Source: Mobula hypostoma
Lineage: Eukaryota
Assembly: GCF_963921235.1 (NCBI RefSeq)
Contig: NC_086098.1
Coordinates: 8,308,001 to 8,372,000 of the forward strand
Length of the DNA stretch: 64,000 nucleotides
Reading direction: 5' to 3'
Made by a program: the position numbers and the translations under genes. Shown here one piece after another: positions 25,063 to 37,000 of this stretch. Below the pieces are notes generated by a model. That model was not told where the DNA came from. It worked only from the letters and a program-made list of their open reading frames with translations, and did not search any database. Position 1 is the first letter of the stretch, and each line of letters starts with the position of its first letter.

Positions 25063-26008
25063 CAAAGTACATATATGTCTCCATATACAAACCTGAAATT
25101 ATTTTCTTATGGGTATACTCAATAAATCTATAGAATAATAACCATAACAGAATCAATGAAAGACTGTCCAACTTGGGCGTTCAACCAGAATGCAGAAGAC
25201 GAGAAACTGTGCAAATACAAAAAGAAAAATAATAACAACAAAATAAGCGATAAATATCAAGAACTTGAGATGAAGAGCCTGATGGTTGAGGGATAATAGC
25301 TTTTCCTGAAGCTGATGGTGTGAGTCCTGAGGTTCACATACCTTCTTCCTGATGACAGCGGTAAGAAAAGACTTTGTCCTACATAGTGGGGGTCCCTGAT
25401 GATGGATGCTGCTTTCCTGCAACTGTGTTACATGTAGATGTGCTCAATAGTTAGGAGGGCTTTACCTGTGATGGGCAGGGCCATATTCACTACTTTTGTA
25501 GGATTTTCCGTTCCAGGGCATTGATTCTTCCATATCAATCTGTGATGCAGCCATTCAATGTACTCCCCACTACACATCTATATAAATTTTTCAAAGTTTT
25601 TGCTGAATCTTTGCAAACCCTTAAGGAAGGAGAGTCACTGCCATGCTTTTTTTGTAATTGCACATACATGCTGGGCCCATCACTTATGTTAATTCAAGAA
25701 ATCATCAGCTCAGAAAGATGCCTCTGTAGGAGTCAAAGTATCAGGTTCTGGAGGAATCAGAGTATGAATTACAAGCATGATCTGCCAGCTTCAAAGACTT
25801 CTTTACAAAAAAAAACCTGGATAAAATTCAGTTAATGAACTCAGTTCTCTATCATTATGTTGAGTTTCTATAAGCCTGTGTGTAATTCTCTGATTAATTC
25901 ATTAATTGTCCCAGTGCAGAAGTTAAAATTACTGATTTAAAATGGATAAGAGCATCATATCTGCCTCACTCCAAATTCCTGTGATTTCAAAGGTTCAAAG
26001 GTTCATTT

Positions 26009-26317
26009 TCATATAGGCATCCGTTAGTCTCATGAGACCATGGATTTGCACCTTGGAAAGTTTCCAGGGCAGAGGACTGGTCAAGGTTGTATGGAAGACC
26101 GGCAGTTGCCCATGCTGCAAGTCTCCCCTCTCCACGCCACCGATGTTGTCCAAGGGAGGGGCACTAGGACCCATACAGCTTGGCACCGGTGTTGTCGCAG
26201 AGCAACGTGTGGTTAAGTGCCTTGCTCAAGGACACACACGCTGCCTCAGCCAAGGCTCGAACTAGCGACCTTCAGATCACTAGACCCACGCCTTAACCAC
26301 TTGGCAACGCGCCAACA
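26009..26317 (-). mobile_element. tRNA-headed CORE-like SINE with 13-bp TSD
   Basis: Near-identical to 24759-25062. TSD CAAAGGTTCATTT at 25996-26008 and 26318-26330. Confidence 0.9.
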
Positions 26318-27011
26318 CAAAGGTTCATTTATTATCAAGGTATGTATGCAGAATACAACTCAGAGATTTGTCTTCAGATGGCCACAAAACAAAGTAAACC
26401 ATGGACGTCATTTAAAGAAAAACATCAACACCGCCCCCACCCCCCACCATGGTACAGAAAAGCAAACCTTGCAGCACAATCATCCACCTCCCACAAGGAA
26501 AAACAAGCGGCAAGAATATCAAAACCCCCCAACACAACATAAAACTAACAAATCACGCCAAACAGCAACAAGAAAGAATGGATGAAAACGCAGAATATAT
26601 TTAAAAAAAACTAAAATACACTCTTATGCCTCTGAAATTACCTTTACAATTTTGGCTTTTACTTACCCTCTGCACAACTTACTTCCTGGGCAACTTTTAA
26701 ATGCTGATTTGAAATTTGACTTACTTAATTATGGTCCTTTTACGACCATACTTCTATTTGTCAACTTTTCATAGTACAGTTGGAAGCGTTCCTTTATCTA
26801 CCTTATCCTTATCTACAGCTTGCAGAGATTATCATCTATCAATTGCATTGAAAAGGCTAATAAACAAGGAAAGGTTCTTTATGACTGGTGAGGACTTCTT
26901 TTGCTAATTCTGTCAACATATTTTGTTATTCCTTACATTGTAGAAGTGCACTGCTTCCACAAAGTTAAAGATTCTGGAAGTTACCACTTAATGAGTTTTC
27001 CTTCAACCGTT

Positions 27012-27392
27012 TGTTCATTCGTCTGTCATGTGCCATGCCGTATGATATGGGTGATCGTGGTCTTTCCATGACCATGAATGTTCTTTGCAGAAGTGGTTTG
27101 CCATTGGCTTCTTCTGGCCAGTGTCTTTTCAAGTTGGGTGACACCAGTTATTATCAATACTCTTCAGAGATTGCCTGCCTGGGGGTCAACGATCGCATAA
27201 CCCGGACTTGTGGTATGCACCAGCTGCTCACACAACCACCCGCCACCTGCTCCCACGGCTTCACATGACCCTGATCGGGATGCGGGGGGGCTAAGCAGGT
27301 GCCACACCTTCTCCAATGGTGACCAGCAGGGTAAAGGAGGGAAAATACCTTACTCCTCCTTTGGTAGAGATGTATCCCCACCTCGCCACCCG
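27012..27392 (-). mobile_element. RTE/Sauria-tail-like short retroelement
   Basis: Apparently complete copy of the family seen at 16105-16750 and 23248-23580. Confidence 0.75.
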
Positions 27393-30080
27393 CTTAAAGC
27401 ATTAACAAGGAAAATGTGACCTATGATGGCACTGATCATGCAAATGAAAATCTTTAGAAGAAACATGAAGCAGGCAGTAATGATTCCATAGAATAATCCC
27501 ATAGAAACAAGAGATTCTGCAGATGCTGAAGGAACAGTGCAAAACACACAAAATTGCAGAGGAACTCAGCTGGTATGGAGGTGAATAAACGGTTGATATT
27601 TTGGGCCAGGACCATCAGAACTCCTTAATTTTTATAATTCCATTTTCATCATTTAAAATTAAAGCTCAGAAAATAAGCATTCCAGCAGATGAATTTATCC
27701 CTAAATAATCTGTCCAGTAGTCTAAGTAATTTCGTAGAAAATTGTATTTGAATGTGAAATATTTTGGGAAATATGCTCTGAAACACTGATTTAGCCAATT
27801 GTGAAATTTTATTCCTCATGTGGAGATACAGCACAGTAGTAGACCCTTCTGGACCAACGAGCCCACGCTGACCAATTAAACCCACGTGACCAATTAACCT
27901 AATAAACTATACGTCTTTGGACTGTGGGAGGAAACTGGAGAACCGGGAGGAAACCCTCATGGTCAGTTGGGAGAACATACAACTCCATATAGACAGTGGT
28001 GGAATTGAACACAGGTCGCTGGCGTTGTTACAGTGATACACTAACTGCCTCACTACCGTATCACTCCGAGCATGTGTCACATGTTTATGACAACTGAAGT
28101 AATTGAATATGTTATTAGAAGTTTAAGATAAAGGCAAGAGATTCTACACTTGCTGGGAATCCAGGGTAACACACACAAAATGCTGGAGAAACTCTTCAGG
28201 TCAGGCAGCATCTATGGCAAGTTGATTTTTCTGGCTGAAACCCTTCGTCAGGGTTTAAAAGGAAGGGGGAGTAGAAGCCATAATAATAATGTGAGGGGAA
28301 GGGAAAGGAATATAAGCTAGCAGAGATCACAAAGCAGGGGAGCAGTGAGACTCGCAGTACTGTCATAGAGAAGATTTAACTCCTTCAGGGTAGGCATCCC
28401 TCGAAGAGTCTTTGCAGTGGAGCAGCAAATCATAAACACAAGAGAATCACAGATGCTGGAAACCCTTTCCTTTCCTATCTTGGTGAAGGGGCTCGGCCTG
28501 AAACATCGACTCTGTATTCTGTTCCTTTGATGCTGCCTGACCTGCTGAATTCCTGCAGCATTTTGTGTATGTTAAAGTCAAACAAGAGCATAATAAACGA
28601 TATTGATTGTTCAGGAAGGTCCTGAGGCCCCTGAAGTTACTGATAAATGATTCTAAGCATAGAGCATCTTCTTTAAAGTAGAACATGTGAGAGATATGCT
28701 GTCATGGTCTATTACTCTGTGATAATCCCGCTGCACATTTTCTAATATATCTATCATTTGAATACATTAGTTCTACAGAAACAATGAGTCGTTGCAAGGA
28801 GTCAACAGAATAGCAACTGAAGATTTTTCTTTTTTTGCCATAGACTTTGGGAAATACAAATGTATTTTCATGTTGTATTCTAAGGCAGCGAATAAGACAT
28901 CTAGCAAGTGTACGTCTGAATGACAATGAGGTAGTGGCAGAAAATGACATACTAATCATCTCTTGGAAATGTCACTGCAAAAGAAGTAAATGAGACGTGG
29001 CCTACTGCTGTGCGAATATGTATCATTTCATGATTAACTCTCAGGGGAGTAATTAGTCTGAAGTCTCCTACTAACCTTCACATATTCTACAGCTTGAGTG
29101 GTTTCAGACAAGGGCCAATTATAGCTTTAACCTTCCCCAATGGGGCATCAATGACCGTTGAATAATACCAAGAACAAATCCGGCCTGATTTAGTTCCCAG
29201 TTCTGCTGTACCCTTTAAGTCCTCTTAAACAGCAACAGTCAACCTCAACTTCTTCGTCAGAAGCATCACCTCATGACTCACTTCAAATTAGTGCAGCCTT
29301 CAGATAGCTTTTTTTTATACTCCAGGGAAAACTTCAGACTTTGAAAAATTGCACCTTGTGTCGTTCCTCTGTCAAACTGCTGTCATCACGACGATTTCAC
29401 TTTCGCATGTCACAATTGGACAGCAGGTTAAGAAAGGGCCTCGCTTGAAGGGATATACTGTTTTAAGCATCCTTAGTAACGAGAAGAACTTTAAAACCAT
29501 AGCTAGTGATTCTGAATAAAACATTTTAATAAACTACATGAGAACCAGGGCCATTAACAGAGAGTTTGCGTAAAGGCACCTGGTAACCAAGCATACATTT
29601 TTCCAGATTCAAGACTCCATCAGGGAGGAGGCTACGCAGCATCCACACCAGGGCTATGAGACTCACATTTCCCCCAAGATGTCAAGCTAATCAACACCTC
29701 CACCCAGTTATCCATCCCACCATCCTACATATACGTCACCTAGCATCACTTTATGTATGTACAATCAGTCTTTGTATATAACAGTTACATGTACTTTGTG
29801 TTGAATATGATTATTTTTATACCTATATTTATTGTTTTTTTTTATTGTGTTCATTATGCTTTTTGCGTTTTTTTTATTCTGCATCAGATCTGAAGTAACA
29901 ATCATTTTGTTGTCCTTTCTATCCATATACTGAAGATTGACAATAAACAACCCCGGATCTTGAATTCAGAACTCCAGATTCTAAACTGTTTAATGTAATT
30001 TCCAGTACACATGAGTAAAAGAGAACAAAATAATTGCTACTCCTGATCCCATGAAAGATAGGGAACACAATAATAATAAT

Positions 30081-30454
30081 GAGGCCTCCGTCGCTCAGGG
30101 TCAACCACTGAGGGTGCGTCCTAGCTGTCTAGATACACAAGTCAGGACAGTACAATACAGAGAGCAAATATTGCCCATGTAGCAAGCTCCCCATCTTTAC
30201 AAATCTGATGAATCCAAAGGAAAGGCAGAGATTGATACAGATTGTCACCAGTGGTGACACAGGAATTTCCAATCAGCATTGAATTCAATGTAGGCCTGCC
30301 TCAGGAATTCCAGCTCCAAATTCTTCCCTTGGGTTTTACTCCCAAAGCCTTTCCCATGAGTGGGTATAGCCGTAAGTCAGTGGAAGTTTTAGATCAGAGG
30401 TTTCCTTCTCCTAGATGAGCTGCAAACCACAATTGATGAGCCCCATCTGCTCAA
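30081..30454 (-). mobile_element. Non-autonomous RTE/Vingi-like short element
   Basis: Minus 5' end GCAGATGGGGCTCATC..CTAGGAGAAGGAAA. Flanked by AATAATAAT on both sides. Second copy at ~47505-47792. Its 3' part resembles the CORE-like SINE tail. Confidence 0.6.
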
Positions 30455-31044
30455 AATAATAATTATAAAAAACACAATAAATATAAATACATAAAGTAGC
30501 TTCTATAGATAAATTGATTGTATGTCCATAAAGTCATGATATGTATAGGAGTGTCTATACACAAGGTGACTCTGACAGGAAATGATGACACAAGGTTGGG
30601 GGTATTGTGGATAGTGTGGAGGGATGTCAGTGGTTACAGCGGGACACTGATGGGATTGAGAAACTGGACTGAGAAGTGGCAGATGGAGTTCAACATAAAT
30701 GTGAGATAGTTCACTTTGGTAGGTCAAATATGATGGCAGAATATAGTACTAATGGTAAGACTCTTGGCAGTGTGGAGGATCAGGGGGATCTTGGGGTCCG
30801 AGTCCATAGGACACTCAAAGCAGCTGTGCAGCTTGACTCTGTGGTTAAGAAGGCATACGGTGTATTGGCCTTCGTCAATCACAGGCCCTTGCAGTCCAAT
30901 GACCATGAGCTGCCCAATTACACCCCTGTGACCAAGTAACCAACTAACCCACATGTGTTATGGAATGGGGGAGGAAACTGGAGGAACCAGAAAAAACACA
31001 CAGCGTCACGGGGAGAACATACAAACTCCTTACAGTGATCAGTT

Positions 31045-31495
31045 GTTGCCGCTGTTCCTGCAAGAGGACCACAATCTTGTTGTAGGGTTTGGAGGCTTAT
31101 GTGCCTCAGTAACCCAGCGATCTATGTTGGCTGGAGTTAGGGCTTTGTGCTTTGGCTCTTAGTAGGATCACTCATGCCAAAATAAATCAAAGGGTAGAGG
31201 ACAGACTGAGAGTGGTCCACTGGTCCTCCAGGTTTGAGGGTTCAGCTCAGGACTAACAATCCTGACTCATTAAAAAAAATGGTACAGAAAGAGCAATGAA
31301 GTATCATTCTACATCTGAATGTGATGGTATCCCTGAGTCTCCACCTGGGACCTGCATGACTGACAGTAGTGAAAACCAAGAGGAAGCCACTGACATGATG
31401 AAGGAAGCTACTGACACGATGAAGGAAGCCCTAAACACCACCAGAGATGGAGGACCTTCATTGCTGCCCTAAACACCAATGGGAGGAAGTAAGTA
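31045..31495 (+). mobile_element. Non-autonomous RTE-like element (5' UTR fused to 3' end)
   Basis: Has an RTE-like 5' region (CCTCCAGGTTTGAGGGTT..ACTAACAATCC) and 3' end GATGGAGGACCTTCATTGCTGCCCTAA with a (TAAG) tail. No ORF. Confidence 0.55.
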
Positions 31496-32966
31496 CATGC
31501 TAGCCCTGTAATAGCATGGCACTAACTAATAGACTAGCAGAATTGCAACTACACACACCATATGGTGGACAATTAGACTATGCCAATGTATCGCCTGCAA
31601 GTCCACATTTATTTGATGGGGCGATCGATATGGACTGGGGCGCTTCAGTGAAGAATGTCTCTGCATGCAGCTTGCAGTGGGCTAGTGGGATGGCACTGAA
31701 CTGAATTAAACCAAATACTACTGGACTTCTGGTTTGATGTTTGATATTTCATGTTTTTAGGATGGTGGTGAATATTGGAAGCTCAGGTTGAGGTGTTTGA
31801 TGTTGCAATGTTATCCAAGCTTGGCAACTAGCTTCCAGATGTTTCATAAACATGAGAAGTCTGCAGATGCTCAAAATTGAAAGCAACACACACAAAATGC
31901 TGGAGGAACTCAGCAGGCCATGCAGCATCTATGGAAAAAATTACAGTTGGCGTTTCGGGCTGAGACCCTTCATCAGGGTTGTTGCTCACATTTACATCAG
32001 GCATCTGCTTGCTTACCAAAAAATGCAACACAATAGAATTCAAAAGTCATCTGAAGGAGTAGCCAGTCAGCACTGGGACGAGCAATGGTGGCGGGGTGGG
32101 GGGGTGAGATGGGTGCAGGGGGAAGCTATATAAACTTGAGCACCTGAGCACTCCCACGGCACAGGAAGAAACACCAACAACTCCGCACTGGGATTTGATG
32201 TGTTGTCCGCTAGCTTTTTGCTTTTTGCACAATTTGTGTTTGAATTTTTAATAACGTTGGGTGTTTGATATTTTCTTAAATGGGTTCCATGGTGTTTCTT
32301 TGTTTTGTGGCTGCCCGTCCGGGAGGACAAATCTCAGAGTGGTATTCTGTATACATACTTTGATAGTAAATGTTCTTTGAATCTTTGAATTTAAAAGGTT
32401 ATCCAGTGAGTTAATTTCTTTGTCTCATATTCTGTATTGAGTCCGATCCCACTCTGCAGGTTCACACTCTACCTTTCCTCATGTTATTGACTATTTCTTT
32501 GTCTCTGTGGTCTGTTAACCCTTTCCATCTCTTTGCGAGTTGACTGTTTTTAAGAGTGGATGCAGATGTTAATTAATCACAAGGCTTTTTATTTCAGTTG
32601 TCCTGGACGGGTGGTCAAGCAGGAACCTAAACTCCTGGTCATGTCCTTCAATCTTTCTCTTTTTTTTTGTGCGAGATGAAACAGTCGAAGAGGGAGGGCA
32701 ATATAGGAGCCCAAATGCAGAGAGGTCATGACGAGCATAGATGGAGAATTAAGTTGACAACAACTGGAAGCCCAAGGTCACCCATACAGAATGAATAAGG
32801 TGGTTCTGGAAAGCAAACACTGCCTAAGTTAAAGTAGAGGGCCAGGGAAAATACAGCTCAGAATGGAAGAGTCATAAACACAAAATTTTCTGTAGATGCT
32901 GGAAATCCAGATCAACACACACAATATATTGGAGGAACTCAGCAGGTCAGGCAGCATCTGTAGAAA

Positions 32967-33003
32967 AGTCAACGTTTCAGGCTGAGATCCTTCATCAGAA
33001 CTG
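32967..33003 (-). ncRNA. Minimal type I hammerhead ribozyme motif in a Penelope pLTR
   Basis: Minus strand reads CAGTT CTGATGA AGG ATCTCAG CCT GAAA C GTT GACT: complete core, stem I, stem II, palindromic ACGT at stem III, GUU site. Confidence 0.7.
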
Positions 33004-34040
33004 ACAAGGAAGATGGAAGAAGCCAGAATAAGAAGGTGGGGAGGAGAGGAAGGAGCACAAGCTGGCAGGCGATAGGTGAGACCAGGTAAGGGTGGGGAAG
33101 GGGATGTTATAAGAAGCTGGGAAGTGATAAGTGGAAGAAATAATATTCCCTTTGAAACATTAGCTTTTATAACAATCAAGTTGTGTGTGTTTTTCTGTAG
33201 TATTACTGCCTCTGTGTTTGATAATCCAGATTTAATTAATTATTTGATCTCATGGGCCTGTATTACTATTATAGGCCTTTGGAGTTCAAGTATTAGCATT
33301 GGTTTATTATTGTCAGCTGCACCAATATACAGTGAAAAGCTTGCTCTGCACACAGTTTACGCAGATCAAATCATTAAACATTGTATTGAGCAACACACAC
33401 AAAATGCTGGAGGAACTCAGCAGGTCGGGCAGGGCCTGTGGAAATGAATAAACAGTCAATGGCCGAGCCTCTTCTTCAGGACTGGGAAGGAAGGGGGAAG
33501 ATGCCAGAATAAAAAGGTGGGGGAAGGGGAAGGAGGATAGCTGGAGGGCGATAGCTGAAGCCAGGGGGGTAGGAAAGGTAAAGAACTGGAGAGGAAGGGA
33601 TCTGGTAAGAGAGGAGAGTGGACCATAGGAGAAAGGGAAGGAGGAGGGGACTCAGGAGGAGGTGATAGGCGGGTAAGAAAAAGCAAAGAGGAAAGGGGAA
33701 AGTAGTGTAAAACAGAAACTGCTGGAAATAGCGAGAGTAACAAACACACAATGTGCTAGAGGAACTCTGTAGGTCAGGCTGCATCCGTGGAGGGGAATAA
33801 ACAGTCAACATTTAAGAGTGAGACCATTAGCACCTATCCGAGAGCAGGAGTTATTTTTGAAGGCAATGTTCCCTATCGATCTGTTCTTCAGCACTGCAAG
33901 AGACATCCTTTGCATTGAGAAAGGAGAAATCATTAATGAACTTTTTTCACTAATTTGTCCTCCGATATTTGCTCTGAGTAACAATATTTATCAACAATCA
34001 ATGAGGCAAGTATCATTCTTTCCCAATAATTCACACTCTA

Positions 34041-37000
34041 CACTTAGTGGCCACTTTATTAGTTACACCTGTACACCTGCTCGAGAATGCAAATATCTAG
34101 TCAGCCAATCATGAGGCAGCAGCTCAATGTATAAAAACATGCCGATGTGGTCCAGAGGTTCAGTTGTTGCTCAGACCAAACATCAGAATCAAGTCAAGTG
34201 AAGATTATTATCATTTAACAAGAACGGGGAAGAAAGGGATCTCAGTGACTTTGACCGTGGAATGCTTGTTGGTACCAGATGGGGAGGTTTGCGTATCTCA
34301 TAAACTGCTGATCTCCTGGGATTTTCATGCACAACAGTTTCTAGAGTTTACAGAGAATGGCGTGAAAAACAAAAACCGGTGAGCGGCAATTCTGTGGGTG
34401 AAAATGCCTTCTTATTGAGAGAGATTAGAGGAGAATTGTAATGCATGGATCTATTTCTTTTAGCACAAGGACTCTCCTTAGCACTAATTATTGCCATGCA
34501 CATTGATTTGTTGCCCTCTCACTCTCTGCAAACTGAATATACCAGTTAACCACACCTCCACGTGTGTGCTTCTTTTTATTGAACATCACCAAATGCACCG
34601 ACAGTTATGAGATGACAGAATTTGGAGGACGGGAGAGAGACAACAAGAGGAAAGAGTGAATCAGTATGGAGAAAGCCATCTTGGACACCTTACAAAGGGA
34701 TGTGTGTGTAACAGTGAGAGACGCACAGTGAGCAAAGTTAAAGTGTAAGTAACATGATGAGGGCCTTAGTTGGAAATGTTGACGAATCTGATAAGGACTG
34801 GGATTCGTATATCAAGAGGGTTGAACTGTATTGTCACACAATGGCGTGGAAGAGGAAAAGAAAGAATCCACACTTCTTAGCCTAATGGGTGCTAAAATCT
34901 ACAGGGACTTACGCAACCTAGTAACTCCTGAAAAGCCAGCAAGCAAGATGTTTGACGAAATTGTTACAATTTTACAAAATCACTTGAGCCCTAAATGGCT
35001 AGAAATAGCTCAGAGATTTAGATTTTACAAAAGGGTGCATTATGGGACAGGCTTTTATGTGGCATGCATAGACAAGGCACTCAAAACTGACAGTCAGTAA
35101 AAGACGTAACCTTAGAATGGGCATTGCGCATTGCAATATCAATGGAGGCAACAGGAAAGGATGCAGCAGAATTACAGAAAAAGAGTTTAGAATGTGAAAT
35201 GCACAAAATGTCCCTGAATGGTGAAAAAAGCCAAAAATGTTATCGATGTGGCAAATCCGACCTGTAAATGACCTGTTGGTTCAACGAAAAAGTGCCAGAG
35301 ACAAGGTCACATATAGATAATGTGCAAGTCATTCAAAAAGCACAACCAAAGAGAAAAACCACACAGAGTGAATAGTTTCAAACACAAAACTAAGAAAATG
35401 CACAAAGTGTCTGAATGAAGAACTGAATCAGACAATGCAGAGTCTGCCAAAGATGAACTGTCATGCCTGGAACTGCATAGCATTATTGAAGCAGATTGCC
35501 AAATCACATAGATCACAATAGATATGCCTTGTGTAAAACTGAAAATGGAGCTGAATACAGGGTCAGCTTTGTCTGTAATTACAGAGGCTGACGACAACAG
35601 ACTCTTTGCTAAGCTGCTATTAGAAAATACCTCAGTGATGCTAAAGATCTACACAGGTGAAAAAGTGTCTCCCAAAGGCAAACTGAAAGTAAATGTGACA
35701 TACAGAGGCAAAATACAGCAGTTAGAGCTTTATGTGTTGAAAAGTGGAGGGCCAGTACTTTTTGGACATGAATGGTTGAGAAAAGTCTAACTAGACTGGC
35801 ACACAATCAAAGCTCTCAGTGTGGCATCAACAGGCAACAGCAGCCCAAATGCTAGCACTAACCAGAGACCGGCACAACTGCTTAATGCTAATGAGAAGCT
35901 GTCTGAGAAGGGTATAGGTAAACTCAAAGGCATGAAAGCCTGAGTTGAACTGGTTGAAGTTGCAAAAGCAAGATGTCCAGTGCCTTATGTACTATGTCCT
36001 AAAGCGAATGCTGAACTTCAGAGCTTGGAGGCATCTGGCATTCTCTCCAAGGCCATGCCCATTGTCCCAATGATCAAGAAAGGGAAGGCCAGAGCTGCTC
36101 GCATATGTGAGGATTTCAAGGTGACCGTCAACCCGGCGTTGTGTACTTTGCAGTATCCTCTACCATGAATAGAAGACATTTTTGCATCTTTGTCAGACAG
36201 GGAGAGGTTTTCAAAGATTGACTTGTCACAAGCCTATCTGCAAATGGAGATTGAGGAGTCAAGCAGGAAGTTCCTCACAATCAACACTCACAAGGGTCTG
36301 TTCCAGTAGAATCGTCTCATCTTTGGCATCGCATCAGTTCCAGCAATTTGGCAAAGAGCAATGGACCAAGTACTCCAAGATATCCCAGGGATACAGTGTT
36401 ACCCTGATGACATCCTCGTGACTGGCAAGAGTGATGAAGAGCATCCCTGGATCCTTGGTAACGTGCTTACCAGGCTGAGTGAGTACGGTCTGAGCATAAA
36501 GAGAGAGAAATGTGAGTTTTTCAAGAATGAGATCTCATATTGTAGACGTGCCATTGGATTACATAATTCACAAGAAGATTGAAGCAGTGCTGCAGGCACC
36601 CAAACTGGAAAATGTGTCACAACTCAGGTCATACTTGGGCCTTGTAAGCTATTATCATGGGTTTCTTCCAAACACCGTTAGAGTGCTGCATCCATCGAAC
36701 ACACTGTTACAGACAGGAGCAAAGTGAGAATGGTCAGAAAGATGAAAGAGCATTCAAGGAAGCAAAGCGTCCAATAACATCTGATGAACTGCTCACCCAT
36801 TATGACCAATCTCTGCCCCTCACACCGGTGTGCAATGTGTTCCCTTATGGCATTGGAGTCATTTTGTCACACACTATGAAAGATGGACCCGAACATTTGA
36901 TTGCATTTGCTTCAAGATCATTGACAAGTACAGAATGCAACTAAGCACAGATCAACCGAGAGGCCCTTAGTCTGGTATGGGAAATAAAGAAGTTCCACCA

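Noticed and set aside
29326..29426. Possible 101-bp coding exon (pyrimidine tract-AG ... CAG|GTTAAG)
   Set aside because: The donor is weak, no translation is recognisable in any frame, and there are no partner exons. Similar lone acceptors near 10112 and 49644 are also unsupported.
33480..33700. G-rich tracts as special G-quadruplex or regulatory elements
   Set aside because: They are the purine-rich strand of the recurrent Penelope 3' region, present in several copies.
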